From assembly GCF_902652985.1 (NCBI RefSeq), contig NC_047019.1, positions 27,652,001-27,716,000 on the forward strand: DNA of 64,000 bases, written 5' to 3'. Of the stretch, positions 51,401 to 60,400 are shown piece by piece. A program made the translations under genes and the position numbers. This DNA is from Pecten maximus (Eukaryota). Under the pieces are notes generated by a model. That model did not search any database and was not told the DNA's origin. It saw only the letters and a program-made list of their open reading frames with translations. Each line of letters opens with the position of its first letter. Within the stretch, counting starts at the first letter, position 1.

Positions 51401-54400
51401 GTCATGTAGCAATTCATATGATATACCAGCTGGCTAGGCTAGACACTTGGTGCTATGTTAAATCATCCAGCAATAATCTTAAGAAATAGTTTATATTGAA
51501 TATAAATAAGTATTATATTTCATCTACTATACTTCAGCCTAATGGTTTTCAGGATATCTTTTATTTTTATTTATTCTTCATAATATCCTGCAATTATGTA
51601 CATGTATACACTAAAAAAAAAACTACCTATGTGGTGTCAGGGAAAAATTTCAAAAGCACATTTGTATGAAAGCTCAATAAGAAATTTGAAGTATGAGCAT
51701 AATAATAAAAATAATTATCGAATAGACTTGCTCAAGTTCCTGTGTAATGCAGCTAAATGTTAATTGGATTATCATTATAGCTTTATGAAGTTCAAAGTCT
51801 AAAATTTCTATGTCTTAAGATAAGATACAACTATCACAGCATGAGCTAAAATGGTTGATAATTAGTCTAAAATATGCTTCTCTCCAGTAACAGTACAGAG
51901 TTTCCAAACCTACTTCAATCTTGTCTTTATTTTCATTTCATGTACCAGTAAGCATCAAAATAGTGAAAACAGTTCTCCAGCACAGAAAACAAGAATCTAT
52001 AAATAACCCCAAACAGAACAAGGCTGCACAATTTCACCATTACATTACCAATCATAATAGCCCTTGGCTGTATTTTTTGTTATTTATTTCGCATATTATC
52101 CCAACATAAATTCACACATCATGACAAGATTAAGACAGGGTTATGACATAACGACATCATGTTCACGAAAAAATGTTGATAAAGACTGGAAATATACTTT
52201 TTTTTTATCATAAATACATAAATTATGCTTTATATGCAAGCACACAGTTGGAAATTTTCACAATACAGTAAGCACAAATTAAACTTTATCTAATCTACAA
52301 CAATTGTGAAACAATTTATATAAACCTATATCAATCACGCTTGTTGGCCCGAATGGAAGCGCGTGAGGGACTTTACAGTGGGAGGAAACCGGAGCACCCG
52401 GAGAAAACCCATGTGGTCGGGCAGGTGATCCCATACCTTTTCCCATCCAGTCGGGGTATTGAACCCCGGCTGCCTAGGTGAAAGGTAAGTGTGTTACCAC
52501 TGTGCCATCTGTCCACCAACAATACAATATTGACAGTTCCATTTTAACTTCAAGATGCTCTGTGTTAATTGATATCCTAAATTGAAATGTGACATGCTAT
52601 TCAACTCTGAAGCCGACTTTAAAACATTACAGTATAGGTCATTTCACATTTCCCAATAAGAAACAAATAACCAATCAAATTGCAGGCAAATAAGAACCAA
52701 GTGTTACACAGCACTTGTGTCCTACAGTTTCTTAGTACATGAGGTTATAATAAGCCCTGTGATTTTTGATTGATTGACAGACAAAAAATAGTATATGAGG
52801 CTAGCTTTGTGATTTTTGATAGGTTGACAGACAAAAACTAGTATATGAGGCTAGCCTTGTGATTTTTGTTTGGTTGACAGACAAAAACTAGTATATGAGG
52901 CTAGCTTTGTCATTTCTGAGTGGCTAACAGACAAAAACTAGTATATGAGGCTAGCTTTGTCATTTCTGAGTGGCTAACAGACAAAAACTAGTATATGAGG
53001 CTAGCCTTGTGATTTTTGTTTGGTTGACAGACAAAAACTAGTATATGAGGCTAGCTTTGTCATTTCTGAGTGGCTAACAGACAAAAACTAGTATATGAGG
53101 CTAGCCTTGTGATTTTTGTTTGGTTGACAGACAAAAACTAGTATATGAGGCTAGCTTTATGATTTCTGAGTGGCTAACAGACAAAAACTAGTAAATGAGG
53201 CTAGCCTTGTGATTTTTGTTTGGTTGACAGACAAAAACTAGTATATGAGGCTAGCTTTGTGATTTTTGTTTGGTTGACAGACAAAAACTAGTTTATGAGG
53301 CTAGCTTTGTGATTTTTGATTGGTTGACAGACAAAAACTAGTATATGAGGCTAGCTTTATGATTTTTGATAGGTTGACAGACAAAAACTAGTATATGAGG
53401 CTAGCTTTGTCATTTCTGAGCGGCTAACAGACAAAAACTAGTATATGAGGCTAGCCTTGTGATTTTTGTTTGGTTGACAGACAAAAACTAGTATATGAGG
53501 CTAGCTTTGTGATTTTTGTTTGGTTGACAGACAAAAACTAGTATATGAGGCTAGCTTTGTGATTTTTGATTGATTGACAGACAAAAACTAGTATATGAGG
53601 CTAGCTTTGTCATTTTTGTTTGGTTGACAGACAAAAACTAGTATATGAGGCTAGCTTTGTGATTTTTGATTGATTGACAGACAAAAAATAGTATATGAGG
53701 CTAGCTTTGTGATTTTTGATAGGTTGACAGACAAAAACTAGTATATGAGGCTAGCCTTGTGATTTTTGTTTGGTTGACAGACAAAAACTAGTATATGAGG
53801 TTAGCTTTGTCATTTCTGAGTGGCTAACAGACAAAAACTAGTATATGAGGCTAGCTTTTTCATTTCTGAGTGGCTAACAGACAAAAACTAGTATATGAGG
53901 CTAGCCTTGTGATTTTTGTTTGGTTGACAGACAAAAACTAGTATATGAGGCTAGCTTTATGATTTCTGAGTGGCTAACAGACAAAAACTAGTATATGAGG
54001 CTAGCCTTGTGATTTTTGTTTGGTTGACAGACAAAAACTAGTATATGAGGCTAGCTTTGTGATTTTTGTTTGGTTGACAGACAAAAACTAGTATATGAGG
54101 CTAGCCTTGTGATTTTTGTTTGGTTGACAGACAAAAACTAGTATATGAGGCTAGCTTTGTGATTTTTGTTTGGTTGACAGACAAAAACTAGTATATGAGG
54201 CTAGCTTTGTGATTTTTGATTGATTGACAGACAAAAACTAGTATATGAGGCTAGCTTTGTCATTGTTGTTTGGTTGACAGACAAAAACTAGTATATGAGG
54301 CTAGCTTTGTGATTTTTGATTGATTGACAGACAAAAAATAGTATATGAGGCTAGCTTTGTGATTTTTGATAGGTTGACAGACAAAAACTAGTATATGAGG

Positions 54401-57400
54401 CTAGCCTTGTGATTTTTGTTTGGTTGACAGACAAAAACTAGTATATGAGGTTAGCTTTGTCATTTCTGAGTGGCTAACAGACAAAAACTAGTATATGAGG
54501 CTAGCTTTTTCATTTCTGAGTGGCTAACAGACAAAAACTAGTATATGAGGCTAGCCTTGTGATTTTTGTTTGGTTGACAGACAAAAACTAGTATATGAGG
54601 CTAGCTTTATGATTTCTGAGTGGCTAACAGACAAAAACTAGTATATGAGGCTAGCCTTGTGATTTTTGTTTGGTTGACAGACAAAAACTAGTATATGAGG
54701 CTAGCTTTGTGATTTTTGTTTGGTTGACAGACAAAAACTAGTATATGAGGCTAGCTTTGTGATTTTTGTTTGGTTGACAGACAAAAACTAGTATATGAGG
54801 CTAGCTTTGTGATTTTTGATTGGTTGACAGACAAAAACTAGTATATGAGGCTAGCTTTATGATTTTTGATTGGTTGACAGACAAAAACTAGTATATGAGG
54901 CTAGCTTTATGATTTTTGATAGGTTGACAGACAAAAACTAGTATATGAGGCTAGCTTTGTCATTTCTGAGTGGCTAACAGACAAAAACTAGTATATGAGG
55001 CTAGCCTTGTGATTTTTGTTTGGTTGACAGACAAAAACTAGTATATGAGGCTAGCTTTGTGATTTTTGTTTGGTTGACAGACAAAAACTAGTATATGAGG
55101 CTAGCCTTGTGATTTTTGTTTGGTTGACAGACAAAAACTAGTATATGAGGCTAGCTTTGTGATTTTTGATTGATTGACAGACAAAAACTAGAATATGAGG
55201 CTAGCTTTGTGATTTTTGATTGGTTTAGAGACCAAAACTAGTATATAATGATAGCTCTGTGATTTTTGATTGATTGACAGATAAAAACTATTATTATACC
55301 TCAGCTATATAACACAGTCAGGGATTGGTTGAGAGCCGTCACGTGTCAGAGAGACTACACTTCGTTTCTCCCTAGCGTACCTCGAGTTATGTCCGATTTC
55401 TCATGTCTCCCCCATGCAGAGCCCCTCACGTTAATTTTTCTACAGAGTTGTCGTTCGTGACACGGAACTCTCCGAGGTGTTCCTATCTGCATTGATCAAA
55501 CATGGCAGACGACAGACGTTTCATTTCGCAGACGTCAAAGAAATCAACAATATTTTGCATGCAAAGGATGCAGTAAACACAAAACGAGCCACAAAGTGTG
55601 CTGCAAAATGTTTCTAGGATTTTTTACAAGAATGTGGTAAATCCACCGACTTAGTTTACCCACGGCAAGTCATATTTCTGGGAAATATGACATGCCTTGG
55701 GTAAACCAATCGTCTTGTCTCCCTACAATCAGGGCCATAAATATATAGTATATTGAGGCTAGCTTTGTGACGTTTGATTGGTTTAGAGACAAAAACTAAT
55801 ATATGAGGCTATAGCTCTGTGACTTTTGATTGGTTTAGAGACAAAAACTAGTATATGAGGCTAGCTCTGTGATTTTTAATTGGTCGACAGACAAAAACTA
55901 GTATATGAGGCTAGCTCTGTGACTTTTGATTGGTTGAGAGACAAGAACTAATATATGAGGCTAGCTCTGTGGTTTTAGGTTGGTTGACAGACAAAAACTA
56001 TGATATAAGTCTAGCTAGATGATTATTCATTGTTTTACAGACAAAAACTCATAAATGCGATTAGCTCTGTGATTTTTTATTGGTTGACAGACAAAAACTC
56101 ATAAATGCGGTTAGCTCTGCGATTTTTGATTGGTTGACAGACAAGAACTAACATACCGTATTTGACCTAATTATCATTATCATATATTAAGCTTAAACAT
56201 CACTTGAATATTCCTGTAAACTTGTAAACCATGCCAGCTGATCTTTAGACCAGAGAACGTGTGTTCCACCATTTATGTTCAAATGGAACTCTTTTGTGTT
56301 CTATTTATAGACACAGGTGATTTCCCAAATCATATCAGACATCGTTTTCTTAGACCTAATAATTGATTTACAATGTCTTTTACTAGCTTTCTGTTCTGAA
56401 CAAAAGTTATTTATCAACAAGAATGAAGTCTTTTACTTTATCTTCAAATAAAGATGGTAAGTTATTATTTGTATGTGTGTTTAGTTTCGGGTGCTCTTTT
56501 TACTGACATGTCATCTGTAGGAATAGACAAAATGTGTCGAAAACTGTTCCAGTTACTTAATTTGCTGAAGAAAATTGAACACAGAAAGTAGCAAAACTTT
56601 TCACATGAATTATTACTTTTGAACAACATTTTGACACTCAGTCAAAGATTTATTTCCTTGGAAAAAGGTAGGGGAGCCCATATTAGGGCAGGCGCCCTTA
56701 TAAGGTCAAATACGGTATGCGGTTAGCTCATGTGTTTTTTTATTGGTGTAATTGAACATGCCTACCTGGTGTAGGTTTGACCAACAAGATCCATACCCTG
56801 CCTACCCCTTTTCTGACAGGGTATGAAGCCAGTTTCATTATCGATGGTGTAACAAGTCCCACTGGGATTCACAGGTGGTATCATGTTTATAATAATGTTT
56901 TTTAGAGAAAAAATTATCTTTCACGGAAGCTAGTTGTAGATTTGACGAAGACTATATATCAGAAATCATCCCTGTCTTCTCCAGAGCTACATTATCGTAT
57001 ATGGTATTAGTATGAGATAAGTATACATGCCAGATAGGTGTTATTCTGATTGAGTAATTGACAAGAGACCGATATCACTGTGTGAAGATCAGATGTGATC
57101 ATTGAACATACCTGAGTCTGTCTCACATTCTCCCCCTCTAGGTCAGAGGTCGTGGCCTCGCTTGTACGTATCATTCCTTCCAGGTAATGAATCTGAAACA
57201 AAAAACATCAAAAATTTTTATCAAGTTAAACTGTAATATCAGATTATTACTGACTTCTATTAGCATTTTTATAACAAAAGAAAATTCATGTATATCTGTA
57301 CATTGTTGCTGGGTGATGTTGCTTTACATTAAAACTCGTCTGTATACGTACCTGTTGCTGTAGTTTCACATTGAGTCGTTTCTGTTTGAGTTCCTCCAGC

Positions 57401-60400
57401 CTGACAGCATCCATCTTGCTGTGCCACTCAACAACCTTGGCTGCTCCACGACCATCTTTGAGGGTAGCGATCAGGTCCTGGAGACTGCGGTGCTGAAGCT
57501 CCACCGCAGAGAGTTTGTTCTCCACTGCGTCTCTCTTCTCCCGAGCCTGGAGAATCAAAGAAAGTATTGCACCCAGTCCTTAACATTTATCAATGTAGAT
57601 ACTTGATAAAAAAAATATAAAGGAGTTACAGCCAAGATGAATTCACCTATCAAATCATGAATGGTAGAAATTATTTGGTAATTTTATTAAGTAAGAGTTA
57701 CCTCCCCTCGATTAAGTGCCATCAATTAAGGCGACCTGGGTATTCCAGTATTAACAGAATAATTTGATCGATAATTTCCCTGTCTCACTGCTCAGTAGGG
57801 ACATTACCTGTTTGAGCTCCAGTTCTAGATTTGTTTTATCCTGATGAAGCTTTCTCATGTTTGCTGTGAATTTCTCCTGTTTGGATAAAGGTATAGCTCC
57901 AGCAAACTGCAAACGCATTTCCTGTATGAACATTGAAAATAGATATTAATATATCTTCAAAACAACAACTTAAAACTGAAGAATACTTGTAAAGCATATA
58001 CACACACTTACTTCAATAGAAATAGATATGAATACAAAGACAAGGACTGTATGTAAACACTGAGCCTCCAGCCTGTTCTTTTCAGCATACAAATGTACAT
58101 ACTTTGTGCCCTATATAGAGGTGGAACAGACACCATGTATTCATGTCGGAAAATGGTGTATGGAAAGTTTAAATAATTTTTTTCAAATGTCACTGAAGTT
58201 ATAGCCGTTGTAATCAGACCTATTATTAATCAGGATTTACCTGTAATCAAGTCTGTTATAAATCAGGATTTACCTGTAATCAAGCCTGTTATAAATCAGG
58301 ATTTACCTGTAATCAAGTCTGTTATAAATCAGGATTTACCTGTAATCAAGCCTGTTATAAATTAGGATTTACCTGTAATCAAGCCTGTTATAAATCAGGA
58401 TTTACCTGTAATCAGACCTATAATAAATCAGGATTTACCTGTAAATTACGCTTCAGGTGTTTAGCTTTGTTCTGAGCCTCAGCTTTGTTATGAACCATTG
58501 TCTGGTTTTTATCGTCAAGTTTCTGCTCCATACGAAGGATCTGAGCCTCTAGTTTTGTTACACGCTTGTTGGACTCCTCAAGTCTTCGGACAGATGTACC
58601 CTCACTGACCTGAAGCTGGACGATATGGCGGTGCAGCTTTCCTGGAGGTCAGATGTAAGTTAAGCATCGGTCATAAAATCCAGGTGAAACAGATAATAAA
58701 ACTAAAACTTTGTACTGTATTAAATAATTGGTAGAATTTCTACTACATGTGGTATTAATTAGACTATCACAATATATACCTGACTAATCAATGGATCTGA
58801 ACAATGGCCAACACAGTGTTTTTAATACAAGTATCTTGTAGTTGATGTGTAATAAACAATAAACAAACATTGTCCAATGCCAAATATTCAGAATTATTCA
58901 TTTAAATTACTATCATCTTAATACAATTGTAAAGACTGTCTCTTTGGGCACTTAATTGTTCTCTGGGCTGAATCCAGGGCATGCAAAACTGCTCAGGGGA
59001 TAAATATTTTGGAATGAAAAAAAAAAATGTTTTTGATATGATTTCAAAAAATTCTTAATTCTGAGATAGAGAATCAGGTTAATTAATTTTAAAGAAATAT
59101 GACATAATTTGGCTACGTGATTGACAGGTGTGCATACCTATAATTGTTTTTTCATCACTCTGCATCTGGAAATCTAGTAACTGTTGTCGTAACGATATAT
59201 TTTCCTTTTCTCGTGACAGCTGCAGTGTTTCCAGAGTTTTCACCTGGGATGTTGCTACTTCACAGACTTCCTAAAAAATAAAATATAAACATTTATGAAA
59301 TCGTCTTAAATATCTACTAACATTATAACACATTTGGCCTTATAAACGCACCCCCCCCCCCCCCCCCCCCTCGCTTTTTTTCTACATTCAAATCATATCA
59401 AGTGGTAAAATAAAAAATAAAATTCTACATGTACAGCTGTTGTCCAAAACAAAATAAATAACAATCAAATTACAAAATGAATACAGCAGTATCTATTAAC
59501 AAAATGTTAATAGATATGTCCCAGTTTCGAGAGTTGTTGCATCCAGTCTCAGTTTACTTTGCAGCTAGATGTCCTTAATTTAAAAAAATAATACAGTGCA
59601 ACTTCAAATCAAGAAAATGTTGATAAAAGGTACTTTTTCATTGCCAAATAAGCATGATTTTTTTTTTTTTTAATAACAATACTTTTAAACTGTTGTAACT
59701 TTCACTCAATAAACCTTCAATTCAATGCTAACTTTGACCTTTCAGGTTAACCTCCTGTGTTACAATTTGTATTTGTATTTTGACCTCGACCTTTATCACT
59801 GACCTTGAGTTTGGAGATTTCGTTACGGAGGCTGACCTCTACCTCCTCTAGCTGAGTGATCCTTTTTCGGTCAGCATCGCTCACAGACTTAGTCACAGAT
59901 TCTGAAATAAATTCATTTATTTTATCAGGAACTGACACTTATTTCCTGGCCCCATTTCATAATATCAGGATTTTTTTTTAATAAATACCTATATAATATA
60001 AAATAATCTATACATGTACTTGGAAAGCAAAACGGGAGTTAGGATACTCTTTTGTAAATTTTATTTTTTTTTTTCAGGTTAAAAGTTTTCAAATACAATG
60101 ATAATAGCAAAGCTAACAAATTACTTTCAATAAATTATTATTCCTGAAATATGAAAGAAAAGGCAGATAACTTAAATGTACATAATTTATATAGGTTTCT
60201 ATAAAATAATATTAATGATATCATTTTTTTAAAGTTAATGACCTTATTCATGCATCTATAACACAAAATGGCCTTATTCCAGAACAATGGAACAGAATTT
60301 GTGATAGTATTATTACTGAACTGCACCATGATGGTTCAAACAGTTTCATACCAAAATTCAAGCACTTTTCCAGGTTTCATACCCCGGCGTACAGCATAAG

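Noticed and set aside
32366-56150. Regular 28-50-bp repeats as possible CRISPR arrays
   Set aside because: The units are head-to-tail with no unique spacers, there are no cas genes, and the context is eukaryotic introns.
56766-56955. Possible extra CEP290 exon (donor-like CAG|GTAGGC at ~56765)
   Set aside because: The candidate frame contains a stop, and the flanking exons already join colinearly with the recalled CEP290 protein.
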